IMG/VR virus record: IMGVR_UViG_2857429247_000001
Span: 1 to 64,000 of that record
Strand: one strand, 5' to 3'
Source of the DNA: a virus
Lineage: Duplodnaviria; Caudoviricetes
DNA: 64,000 nt
Shown: positions 55,903 through 64,000 of the stretch, piece after piece
Numbering within the stretch: the stretch's first letter is position 1
Layout of the letters: every line of letters starts with the position of its first letter
Made by a program: the position numbers and the translations under genes
The notes under the pieces: model-generated
Seen by the model: the letters and a program-made list of their open reading frames with translations, nothing else
Databases searched by the model: none
Told to the model about the DNA's origin: nothing

Positions 55903-56577
55903 ATGCCCGATTCCAGCACCATCGCACGCGAAGGCGATCAACCCTGCATCTCAACCCGCGACCAGTTCCCCGAGCGCCGGGGCGACTGGATGCAGACCTT
56001 CTCGGGCAGGCGTTTCTGGCCGCTCCACCCGCGGGCAGAGGACGTCTGCGTCGAGGATATTGCCCATGCCCTGTCGCTTCAGTGCCGCTACGGCGGCCAC
56101 TGCTTGTGGTTCTACTCGGTGGCCGAGCACAGCGTGCTGCTCGCAAAATGGGTTTTAGATCATGGCGCCGGCAGCATCGGCGACCGCATGCACCTCGCCC
56201 TGTGGCTCCTGCTGCACGACGGCGGCGAGAGCTACGTTTCCGACATGGTGCGGCCGCTCAAGCGGCACATGCCGGAATTTCGGAACGTCGAAGACGGCGT
56301 CACTTGGGCGATCTACGAGCGCTTCGGCCTGGATCCGGCCATGGAGCCTCGCGAGGTCAAGCAGCTCGACAACCGGATCCTGATGGACGAGCGGGCGCAG
56401 GTTATGTGCCCGACCGGCGATGATTGGCACTTCGGCGGCGAGACCGAGCCGCTGGGCGTAAAGCTGCAGTTCTGGTCGCCCGAACGCGCCGAGCAAGAAT
56501 TTCTGGCGATGTTCGGGCATCTCGCCGCTCCGTCCGACATGGCGGCACCCCCCGCTCTCACCACCTCGGAGGCCTGA
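55903..56577 (+). CDS. HD-domain phosphohydrolase (YfdR/5'-deoxynucleotidase-like)
   Basis: DIAHALS..CRY.GH, YSVAEHS, LLHD..E.Y..D...PLK. Confidence 0.88.
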   Translation: MPDSSTIAREGDQPCISTRDQFPERRGDWMQTFSGRRFWPLHPRAEDVCVEDIAHALSLQCRYGGHCLWFYSVAEHSVLLAKWVLDHGAGSIGDRMHLALWLLLHDGGESYVSDMVRPLKRHMPEFRNVEDGVTWAIYERFGLDPAMEPREVKQLDNRILMDERAQVMCPTGDDWHFGGETEPLGVKLQFWSPERAEQEFLAMFGHLAAPSDMAAPPALTTSEA

Positions 56578-56581
56578 GACC

Positions 56582-56782
56582 ATGCCGGACATCAGCATGT
56601 GCCCCAGCGAGGACTGTCCGATCCGCGGCGACTGCTACCGGAACGAAGCCAGCGGGACGCGGCCGAACGAGCGCTGGCAGTCCTACAGCGCCTTCACGTG
56701 GCAATCCGTGGCCGATGGCGACACCATCCTCTGCGACGGCTTCTGCCCTGCCCGTCCTGCTCTCACTCCCTCGGAGCTTTGA
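56582..56782 (+). CDS. Small Cys-rich protein
   Basis: MPDISMC...CP....CYR...QSY. Confidence 0.6.
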   Translation: MPDISMCPSEDCPIRGDCYRNEASGTRPNERWQSYSAFTWQSVADGDTILCDGFCPARPALTPSEL

Positions 56783-56784
56783 CC

Positions 56785-57795
56785 ATGTCCTCCGCAACCA
56801 AAGCACCGGGCGCTGAAGGGCCGGGCGCCTACGGGATCCCCGGCCTCCCTGACCGGCTAAGCCAGTCCGACCAGCTTCGGATCTTCAGCGCCTACTACGT
56901 CGATAGCCTGCCGGCAGAGGCTGCCGCCGAGCTGTGCGAGCTTGCCGACGAATGGGATGAGCAGATCGCATCCGCCCCCGCACCTTCTGATCCAGCCGGA
57001 GCTGGCGGGGATCTGGGGGAACTGGAAAGGCTGAGCAAGGCGGCCACGCCCGGCATGGCCCGCGCCTACATGGACAAGTATCGACTGCGGGTCGGCCCGG
57101 AAGACAGCACTTTCGAAACCGAGTTCACGACGGTCGCAGTCACGTCGACCTGTGACAAGGCCGGCTCCAACCTCGTCTATCTCGCTGCGCTCTGGAACGC
57201 TCACCGCTCCGGCCAGCTCGTCGCCTCGACACCGGGACAAAAGGGCGCGGGAGAGGAGAAGACGGGCGCGTCCTCCGGACCGGGCTCTCGTGAACCGGGC
57301 CCTTCGGTCCCGGCCTCCGGCTTCGATCCCTCTCGCGGCTTTGCGGAGATCAGAGCGAAGCAGGCCACCCTGGGCCTCGGACTCGTCGACATCACCATCA
57401 TCCGCCACGAGGGCAAGGCAGGTGTCCTGTTCAGCCCTCGCGGGGAGCACGTCGAGTTCGGCGATGAGGGGCGCATTGAAGCCGGTGAGCATTGGCCGGG
57501 CCCAGACGACATCGTGCTCTGGGTCGAAGGCAAGGGACCAAGGGTCGCTATCTCACATCTGGCACAGCTCGGGCCCGAGGGCCCGCCCGCAATGTCGGAA
57601 TGGGAAGCTCTGGAGGTTATCGGGCAACTGCCGGCAGCTCTGACGGCCGACGAGCACGCCAGCGCGTTCCGTTCGGCAGCGACCCGATGCGCTTCGACGG
57701 CGCCCGCCCGGTCCCGTCGGCTGGACGCCCGCGCGGATAAGATCGAACTCGCCCTCCGCACCCTTCACGCTGCCGGGGAGGTGCGCCATGGATGA
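56785..57795 (+). CDS. Hypothetical mosaic phage protein
   Basis: 336-aa ORF; ELERLSKAATPG segment. Confidence 0.55.
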   Translation: MSSATKAPGAEGPGAYGIPGLPDRLSQSDQLRIFSAYYVDSLPAEAAAELCELADEWDEQIASAPAPSDPAGAGGDLGELERLSKAATPGMARAYMDKYRLRVGPEDSTFETEFTTVAVTSTCDKAGSNLVYLAALWNAHRSGQLVASTPGQKGAGEEKTGASSGPGSREPGPSVPASGFDPSRGFAEIRAKQATLGLGLVDITIIRHEGKAGVLFSPRGEHVEFGDEGRIEAGEHWPGPDDIVLWVEGKGPRVAISHLAQLGPEGPPAMSEWEALEVIGQLPAALTADEHASAFRSAATRCASTAPARSRRLDARADKIELALRTLHAAGEVRHG

Positions 57796-57994
57796 TCGGC
57801 TGACCGGCGTCATCGACTGCTCAAGCCGGTGCATGATCCCGGCCGGCGTCACGCTCGTTCGGGTGCCAAAGCCTCGGCACGCTTGGGGTGACGTGATCGT
57901 CTGCCCGATCTGCGACAGCGCCTTTCTCAAGCTGCCTCAGGGCACAGAAGCCCCCTCCGAGTCCCCGTCCACCAAGGAGGCGTCGGATGCTTGA
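57788..57994 (+). CDS. Small zinc-finger-like protein
   Basis: CSSRC...CPIC; coupled overlaps. Confidence 0.5.
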   Translation: MDDRLTGVIDCSSRCMIPAGVTLVRVPKPRHAWGDVIVCPICDSAFLKLPQGTEAPSESPSTKEASDA

Positions 57995-58442
57995 GAGCCC
58001 CGCCACCGATCCCGGCCGGGCGGCCGAGGAGATGCGGGAGGTCAGATACCTTCGCGCTGTGATCGACACCCTGCGACAGGAACTCGTCACCGAACGCAAG
58101 CTTGTGAAGGGCTTCGAAGCCGATCTCATCGCTGCACGGAAGGAGCGGGATGCACTCTCGGCGATTGTCATGGCCGACGATGCCAAGGCGCTCGCCGAGT
58201 ACGAATGGGAGCGGGCCAACAAGCTGGCCGACGAAGCCGACCAACTCCGCGCTCGTCTCCACGAGGCTGAGAAGGGGAAAATAGTCGACCTCGATACGGC
58301 GATGAAGCGCGGCATCCGATCTTGGTCCGCCAAACTGCACATCCCGGTCACGCGGATGATGTCGCGGGTCCTCCGCGAAGAAATCCACGCCGCCCTCACC
58401 CCCGCACCAGAAGCAACCCAAGAGGCAGGCGATGGCCGCTGA
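57987..58442 (+). CDS. Coiled-coil hypothetical protein
   Basis: AGGAGG RBS; heptad pattern. Confidence 0.6.
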   Translation: MLESPATDPGRAAEEMREVRYLRAVIDTLRQELVTERKLVKGFEADLIAARKERDALSAIVMADDAKALAEYEWERANKLADEADQLRARLHEAEKGKIVDLDTAMKRGIRSWSAKLHIPVTRMMSRVLREEIHAALTPAPEATQEAGDGR

Positions 58443-58818
58443 TCAGATTGAGACGCTGAAGGGCCTGCTGGAACGGGTGAAGGCTGCCGAGGACGGCTCT
58501 CACCCACTGAACGTCGAGGTCGGCCGGGCGATGAACCGACTCACAGATCCGGTGCGTCTCCATCACCTCGAGCACATGCCGCTCGGCCTCGTCGGCCCGG
58601 AATGGGAGCCGGGCGGTGCCGAGTTCGAGGCGGCGCGCGCCTCGACTGCGAAAGCCCTGACCAAGCTGGCGCGGGTGGATTGGCCGACGGACGAGGTGAT
58701 GGACTGGGAAGTTCGGTCCTGGCTGCGACAGCAGCACTACGGCGATCCCGGGATGGCCGGCTTGCGCGCGGCCGCCTCGGCCGACGATGTGGCCGAGGCG
58801 AGAGGGCGACGGCTGTGA
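58432..58818 (+). CDS. Hypothetical protein
   Basis: Overlap-coupled ORF. Confidence 0.55.
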   Translation: MAADQIETLKGLLERVKAAEDGSHPLNVEVGRAMNRLTDPVRLHHLEHMPLGLVGPEWEPGGAEFEAARASTAKALTKLARVDWPTDEVMDWEVRSWLRQQHYGDPGMAGLRAAASADDVAEARGRRL

Positions 58819-59294
58819 CCCGACGCTACGCCGCCGACACGTCAGTTCCGATGGATCGGAGCATCGCCGAGATCTGGACCACCGTCCGGCGCTACGGCGC
58901 GACCGAGTTCGCCCACATGGAGCGTGAGGCCGAGGCCGCGATCGGCTTCACGATGCGCGGGCGCCGGATCCTTTTCCGGCTCGCCATGCCGAACCCAAAG
59001 GACCGCGCCTTCACCCACACGCAGACCAAGCGGCAGCCGCGCTCGGCCGCCGGCGCCCACGAGGCCTGGGAGCAGGCGTGTCGCTCGCGCTGGCGCGCGC
59101 TCGCCTTGGCGATCAAGGCGAAGCTCGAGGCCGTTGAGATCGGCATCGTCACCTTCGAGGACGAGTTCCTCGCCAGCACGATACCGCCCGGGTCGAGCAT
59201 CACCTTCGGCGAGATGGTGCGGGAGGACATGCGGCTCTCGCACGAGCGCGGCGAGCTGAAGCCGCTCCTCCCCTATCTCGGCCCGAGCACATAG
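58815..59294 (+). CDS. Conserved hypothetical phage protein
   Basis: YAADTSV...S..EI...RYGA..F; WRAL.LAIKAKLEAVE.GI.TFE.EFL. Confidence 0.7.
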   Translation: MTRRYAADTSVPMDRSIAEIWTTVRRYGATEFAHMEREAEAAIGFTMRGRRILFRLAMPNPKDRAFTHTQTKRQPRSAAGAHEAWEQACRSRWRALALAIKAKLEAVEIGIVTFEDEFLASTIPPGSSITFGEMVREDMRLSHERGELKPLLPYLGPST

Positions 59295-59579
59295 ATGGCG
59301 CCGCCGGAGCCACGCTGGCTGGATCCCGCCGCGCCCCGGCTCGCCCACCTGACCCGCGCGCATCTTCTCGCGATCGAGGCGGAGGCGCTGCGCGCGTGGC
59401 GGGCGTGGTTCGACGGGCTCGGAATCCCGTTCGTCGCGCGGGCGCGGCGCTGGCCGGACGAGATCGACTGCGCGACTGGGTTGTGGCCCCGTTGCCTGTT
59501 CGAGGCCGGCGTGCGCCTGGGCCTGCTGCCGTCGGGTGATGCAAATGCAGCGAAAGCCGCAAAAAACGCGGCAGCGTGA
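59295..59579 (+). CDS. Hypothetical protein
   Basis: Starts immediately after previous stop. Confidence 0.45.
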   Translation: MAPPEPRWLDPAAPRLAHLTRAHLLAIEAEALRAWRAWFDGLGIPFVARARRWPDEIDCATGLWPRCLFEAGVRLGLLPSGDANAAKAAKNAAA

Positions 59580-59620
59580 AAAAAGGGGCTTCCCCCCAAG
59601 TATCACTTGTGGCACGTCTG

Positions 59621-59679
59621 ATGGCGCAAAGATGTCTTCGGCCCCGGCGGAACCCCCGTCCGGGGCCGTCGCCGTTTTT
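59621..59679 (+). terminator. Probable terminator hairpin
   Basis: GGCCCCGG...CCGGGGCC stem within GATGGCG/CGCCGTT, followed by a T run. Confidence 0.5.
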
Positions 59680-60348
59680 GGCTATCCCTCACAATCGAAC
59701 ATCGATCCGATTGGCACCAACACGGTGAGACCAATGAAGTAGACCTGCGCGCGCATGCGCCTCCCGTATTAGCAGGATAGCGGCCTCACACAGCCTGCCG
59801 GGCAACTATAGCTCGACGCCGGCCCGCCGTACGTAAATCCTTCGCACAGCCCGAATGGGCATAGGCCCGCACTCGTGTGTGGGCGATCATCCTGGACCAA
59901 CAGACGAACCCCGTTATGGGCTTGGGCCTCGGCTAAGCGCGAGGCGGCTTAGGGGGGAGTTGAGGCGGATCGACAAAGCACGTTCACGACCCGGTCGCTC
60001 AACCCGGAATTCAGAGCCAAGGCCCCTGTGAGGTGAGGGCGGACCAGCACGCCAAGGTGCCTGCCCCCTGGTGCCATCGAGCGCCAGGGCGCGAGTTTTG
60101 CCCGAACGGGCATCCGTCCTGACGTCGCAAGCCTGTAAACCCGCGCGCCCCGGCTGATCGTCGAGCGGGCGGCGAACACGCGCAGGCCTCGCGAACGCGA
60201 GCCGCCACCGTCCCGACCTCCGCGGCCGCCCTCTCCGGCCGGCGGACTGCCGCCGGGCCGTGGCGCAGAAGCCGGAGTCGCGTCCGGTCGACGTCATCGA
60301 TCAACCCACGGTCTGGCAGTTGCCGGCCAGCAACCCAGTCAGGTCCCC

Positions 60349-60663
60349 ATGGATGAGGCCAAGTTCCGCGCCGCGATCGCGGCCGAGATCCGCACGTTCG
60401 CCAAGCGCGTCGACGGTCTGAAGCTCGCCGATCGCCGCGATCCCGAGAAGCCGGTCCTGGAGAAGATCGCTCTCGCCCAGGAGATGCGCAAGCGCGCCGA
60501 CCAGCTCGTGCGCGAGATGGCGCCGCCAGAGGGCGGGCTCGCCCTGGCCAAGGTGGTGTTCGGCACGAGCGGGCGCGTCGCGCAGGTCGAGCGCGGCACG
60601 GTCGCGGTGCGGGCGCCGCACGCGCGCCGGGCCGGACGGATCGGCCTGAAGCTGGCGGCCTGA
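60349..60663 (+). CDS. Hypothetical protein
   Basis: 104 aa, typical codon bias. Confidence 0.6.
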   Translation: MDEAKFRAAIAAEIRTFAKRVDGLKLADRRDPEKPVLEKIALAQEMRKRADQLVREMAPPEGGLALAKVVFGTSGRVAQVERGTVAVRAPHARRAGRIGLKLAA

Positions 60664-60665
60664 CC

Positions 60666-60875
60666 ATGGCGATGCGCATCGCCTTCTGGACCGCGCTCCA
60701 GCCCGACAACCGGGAGGGCGCCGTCGCGATCGCCTCCGAGGCGAGCACGCGCACGGTGGCGCTCACCGTGAAGGACGCGGTCAGCGACCAGGCGTCCTCG
60801 CTGATCCTGCCGGCCCCGCGGGTGCGCCGCCTGATCGCTGACCTGCAGGAGGCCCTGCGCCACCTCGAGGACTGA
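60666..60875 (+). CDS. Hypothetical protein
   Basis: 69 aa, 2 nt after previous stop. Confidence 0.55.
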   Translation: MAMRIAFWTALQPDNREGAVAIASEASTRTVALTVKDAVSDQASSLILPAPRVRRLIADLQEALRHLED

Positions 60876-60945
60876 CCCGACCGGTCCAAGCGGCGTGGAG
60901 CCGATCCAACCACCGGCCCGAGCCGAAGCCAGGAGGGAGCCGACC

Positions 60946-61152
60946 ATGCGCGCGTTCCGACACCTCGCACTGCCCGCCGCGATCCTGGCCCTCATCGCCC
61001 TGTGGGTGTTCATCCTGTCCGGGCCGGCGCAGGTCGATTATCCGCCCGCGACCAAGCTGGGGCTCGTGGCGGACCTGCTCGTGCTCCTCGCTGCCGTTGG
61101 CGTCGCTCTCGACGAGCGGAGCCGTTACCGCGGAGGCGAAGACGATTTATAG
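60946..61152 (+). CDS. Small two-TM membrane protein
   Basis: AGGAGG RBS; two hydrophobic segments. Confidence 0.55.
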   Translation: MRAFRHLALPAAILALIALWVFILSGPAQVDYPPATKLGLVADLLVLLAAVGVALDERSRYRGGEDDL

Positions 61153-61178
61153 AGCTTAGATCCTCCGAGGATCTACTT

Positions 61179-61688
61179 ATGAAGACTGTCGCCGGGCGCG
61201 GCTCCAAGTATGTCGCGCTACGTCTCGAAAAGCTGAGGCAGGAGCGCCGTCGCATGGCGCGGCAACGCGCGACGGTGATCGGCTACGTCGGGCCCGGCGA
61301 TGATGGCGCCGCGGCGGCCGCCGAGATCCGCGCGCACTGTAAACGCAACGACTTGGTATTGACCGAGATCGTCTTCGAGATGCTTGGCGCGGACAGTATA
61401 GTCCCGCATCTTCGTCCCGGCTTCGCAATGGTTCTTGCGTCCTGCCGGGCCGGCCGCTGCGGCGCTGTCGTGGTATTCCGCGCCGCTTCGCTCGGATCTG
61501 CCGCCGTCCAGACGCACGCGGCGGTCGCGCTCGGCCCTGAAATCGGCCTCGCGGCAGCCTCCGGACGGCCGATCGACGGCCCTGGATTGGTCCGCCGGTT
61601 GGCCCGTGCCGCGGCCAAGGCCAGACCCGCCCGCTGGCCCCGTTTCGGGGTGTCAAAAAAACCTGAGGCGGGCCGCGTCCTCGCGTAG
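61179..61688 (+). CDS. Degenerate serine-recombinase catalytic-like domain protein
   Basis: VIGYV, IRAHC...L..IVFE, RPGF..VL...G..AVVV pattern but RVS replaced by GPG. Confidence 0.55.
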   Translation: MKTVAGRGSKYVALRLEKLRQERRRMARQRATVIGYVGPGDDGAAAAAEIRAHCKRNDLVLTEIVFEMLGADSIVPHLRPGFAMVLASCRAGRCGAVVVFRAASLGSAAVQTHAAVALGPEIGLAAASGRPIDGPGLVRRLARAAAKARPARWPRFGVSKKPEAGRVLA

Positions 61689-61712
61689 CGGATTTAACCC
61701 GCGCAAACTGGC

Positions 61713-61766
61713 CTTAGCGAGGGCTATTCCGGCCATCCGGAATGGCCTAGGTTTACCCTCGCTAAG
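61713..61766. other. Nested inverted repeats, candidate recombination site
   Basis: CTTAGCGAGGG...CCCTCGCTAAG enclosing ATTCCGG-ccat-CCGGAAT. Confidence 0.45.
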
Positions 61767-61824
61767 CGTTAACAAAGATGCGTCAGGCTCAACGGCCCAC
61801 GCCACACCCCGGGAGCCGGATCCG

Positions 61825-62850
61825 GTGCTCGACGAGACCCCGCCGCGGCCCGCCGGCGAATACTGCGCGCCGGCGGTGATCGTCCCGGCCGAGTCGGGCG
61901 CCCCGCTGCCGCCGGCCCTGGTGCTGTCGGACGAGCTTGCCGCCTCGATCGCATCGGCCGACGCGTACGCGAAGGACGCGACCGCGGAACGGACCCGGCG
62001 CGAATACGCGTCGAGCTTCGCGCTGTTCGAGGCGTGGTGCGCCAAGCACGGCGCCCGCGCGCTGCCCGCGCATCCGGAAGCGGTGCGCGCGTATCTCGCC
62101 GGGCTCGCCGATCGCGGGCTGAAGCCGGCGACCATCGACACCCGGGCCGCGGCGATCGCCTACACCCACAAGGCCGCCGGCCTCGACAACCCGACGGGCA
62201 CGGCCGGCGTGCGGGCGACCATCCGAGGGATCCGCAACCGGGTCGGCACGAAGCCGAACAAGAAGGCGCCGGCCACCGCCGACCACGTCCGGAAGATCCT
62301 GAAGAAGCTGCCGGACTCGCTGGTCGGCCTGCGCGACGCCGCGCTGATCTCGATCGGCTTCGCCGCGGCGCTGCGGCGCTCCGAGCTGGTCGCGCTCGAC
62401 CTCGAGCACATCGAGCGCACACCCGAGGGCATGATCGTCCACGTCCTACGGTCGAAGACCGACCAGGAGGGCGCCGGCCATCAGGTGGCGGTGCCGGCCG
62501 GCACGAAGATCCGCCCGGTGAAGGCGCTCGACGCATGGCTCGCCGCCTCCGGAATCAAGAGCGGGCCGCTGTTCCGGCAGATCCGGAAGGGCGGCCATCT
62601 CACGGCCGACCGGCTGAAGGACGCCGCGGTCGCCACGATCATCAAGGAGCGCGCCGAGGCCGCGGGCCTCGATCCGCGTTTCTTCGCCGGGCACTCGCTG
62701 CGCTCCGGCTTCGTCACCTCGGCGCTCGCGAACGGCGCCGACGTCCTCAAGGTGATGGGCGTCACCCGGCACACGCAAGTGCAGACGCTCAAGGGCTACG
62801 ATCAGCGCGCGCAGGCCTTCAAGGACCACGCGGGGCGCGGCTTCCTCTAA
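61825..62850 (+). CDS. Cre-like tyrosine recombinase (start approximate)
   Basis: T.R.Y, RDAALI, LRRSEL, SKTDQ, GHSLRSG, RH...Y; about 341 aa without arm-binding domain. Confidence 0.9.
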   Translation: MLDETPPRPAGEYCAPAVIVPAESGAPLPPALVLSDELAASIASADAYAKDATAERTRREYASSFALFEAWCAKHGARALPAHPEAVRAYLAGLADRGLKPATIDTRAAAIAYTHKAAGLDNPTGTAGVRATIRGIRNRVGTKPNKKAPATADHVRKILKKLPDSLVGLRDAALISIGFAAALRRSELVALDLEHIERTPEGMIVHVLRSKTDQEGAGHQVAVPAGTKIRPVKALDAWLAASGIKSGPLFRQIRKGGHLTADRLKDAAVATIIKERAEAAGLDPRFFAGHSLRSGFVTSALANGADVLKVMGVTRHTQVQTLKGYDQRAQAFKDHAGRGFL

Positions 62851-62883
62851 CCGCCCGCCTTCGTCGGGCCGTAGGGTCTGATA

Positions 62884-63408
62884 ATGGGCGGCACGATCTC
62901 GATCATGGGCGCCGACGGCAGCCTGCCTCACGAGCCCGCGTTCGATCGCGGGTTCTACTTCGATGAGGTGGCCAGCTTCTCAGCCGAGCAGCTCGAGGCC
63001 GCGGTGAGTAAGCCGATGGCCCCCGCCTACAGCTTCCGCGACGCCACCCTCTCGATCGGCGAAGAGGTCTATCCGCTCACCGACGTCAGCCTGACCGAGC
63101 CCGAGATCGAGATCCGCCGGGACTTCGCGATGCCGGACAGCTGGTCGGGGACGTTCACGACCACGGTGCAGAAGCCGGGCAAGCTCTGGGCGGAAAGCAC
63201 CGAGCGCGCGATGGCCCGGCTGCTCGACTTCCCCGGGCTCCTGCCGGAGGGGCCGCAACGCGCGGCCGAGATCCGGCGCGTCCGGCGCCGGGAGCGAAAT
63301 CGGCAACTCGCCTTGCGCGGCGGGATGATCCCGCACCTGCCCTGGAAGATGCGCGTGCTGGCCGATCCGGACTGGCTCGCCGATCGCTTGGTGCGGCTGC
63401 GCCCCTGA
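62884..63408 (+). CDS. Hypothetical protein
   Basis: 174-aa ORF with typical codon bias. Confidence 0.55.
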   Translation: MGGTISIMGADGSLPHEPAFDRGFYFDEVASFSAEQLEAAVSKPMAPAYSFRDATLSIGEEVYPLTDVSLTEPEIEIRRDFAMPDSWSGTFTTTVQKPGKLWAESTERAMARLLDFPGLLPEGPQRAAEIRRVRRRERNRQLALRGGMIPHLPWKMRVLADPDWLADRLVRLRP

Positions 63409-63634
63409 TCCTTCGATCCCGGCTTCCCGGGATCCCCTGAAGTCTCGCCCCGCGCGGCCGCACCGGCCGCGCGGCCCGTCGTGCTGCACGCTCGCACCTA
63501 CCGCCGGAGCATCCCATGCGCTTCCGCCCGATTGTCACCGACGGCCTGATGGCCGTGTTCGCCCTCATCGTCGTGGCCGCCTCGCTCGCGCGTGAATTCG
63601 CGCTGCCGGCCCACTTCGTCTGAAGGGGGCCACC

Positions 63635-64000
63635 ATGGACCAGATCCGCTCTCAGATCTTCGCCGGCGACGCCGCGCGTCTGCGTCGCTTGGGCGAGATG
63701 CTCATCCTCATCGCCGACCTGCCGGACAGCGGCGGTCACGTCTTGGTCGCCGACCGCAGGACGCGCGTCGAGGTTTACGACCTGATCCTGCAGCATCGCG
63801 GCACCGCGGTGCTGTCCGGCACGAAGGTCTGCCTGACCGAGTCGGCCGACGACGAGCACGCCGCGGTCGGCGGCATCGATCCGGACTATGTCTTCCTCGC
63901 TCCGGGCTACACGGCGCACTGGGTCATCGCCCGCGGCGGCCAGCCGAAGCCGGCGAAGGTGGCCTCGACCGGCCCGTCCGGCGTCTCTCCGCTGGGCGCG
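63635..64000 (+). CDS. Hypothetical protein (3'-truncated by window edge)
   Basis: ATG with GGGGG RBS; open to the end of the window. Confidence 0.5.
   Translation, partial: MDQIRSQIFAGDAARLRRLGEMLILIADLPDSGGHVLVADRRTRVEVYDLILQHRGTAVLSGTKVCLTESADDEHAAVGGIDPDYVFLAPGYTAHWVIARGGQPKPAKVASTGPSGVSPLGA

Noticed and set aside
60884-60900. Additional operator GTCCAAGCGGCGTGGAG
   Set aside because: Several mismatches and no promoter context; possible but unsupported
61435-61824. N-terminal extension of the tyrosine recombinase in the ORF track
   Set aside because: Overlaps another gene and the IR region; GTG at 61825 with GGAG RBS gives a Cre-sized protein
1-64000. CRISPR array, tRNA or rRNA genes
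   Set aside because: No repeat-spacer structure or cloverleaf seen; octamer arrays are too short and lack spacers

Overview
High-GC window that reads as about 64 kb of a temperate phage-plasmid of an Alphaproteobacterium, probably Methylobacterium-like (inferred from GC content, an alphaproteobacterial LexA box, and MucR/GapR/CtrA-like genes). Order: end of a lysis cassette (RlpA-like protein, DUF3380 muramidase, holin-like proteins); metallophosphoesterase plus dATP/dGTP diphosphohydrolase; HigBA-like TA; a lower-GC moron; a type Ib partition pair (ParA + RHH) with a divergent HTH putative replicase; a long leftward early operon (C5-MTase, dCMP deaminase, DUF5131, HNH); an immunity region (LexA-boxed small gene, XRE repressor, Cro-like); a rightward operon (GapR, RusA, PcfJ, CtrA-like wHTH, MT-A70, HNH, DUF1376 initiator, SNF2, MucR, TerB/TerC); a DarB-like methylase-helicase; many small accessory genes; and a Cre-like tyrosine recombinase. 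Three mobile elements can be delimited to the base: an ISL3 element with passenger genes (8-bp TSD), a TnpB-only IS200/605 element inserted exactly at an ATGA stop/start overlap, and a Tn3 element (5-bp TSD). Highlights are an HNH endonuclease that has taken over its host gene's 5' end and rebuilt a recoded copy, a 19-bp operator regulon with a probable SOS-controlled antirepressor, and about 16 dispersed 8-bp-period arrays that look like a distributed centromere. No capsid/tail genes, tRNA, rRNA or CRISPR were seen. All family calls are from motif recognition by eye, not database searches.
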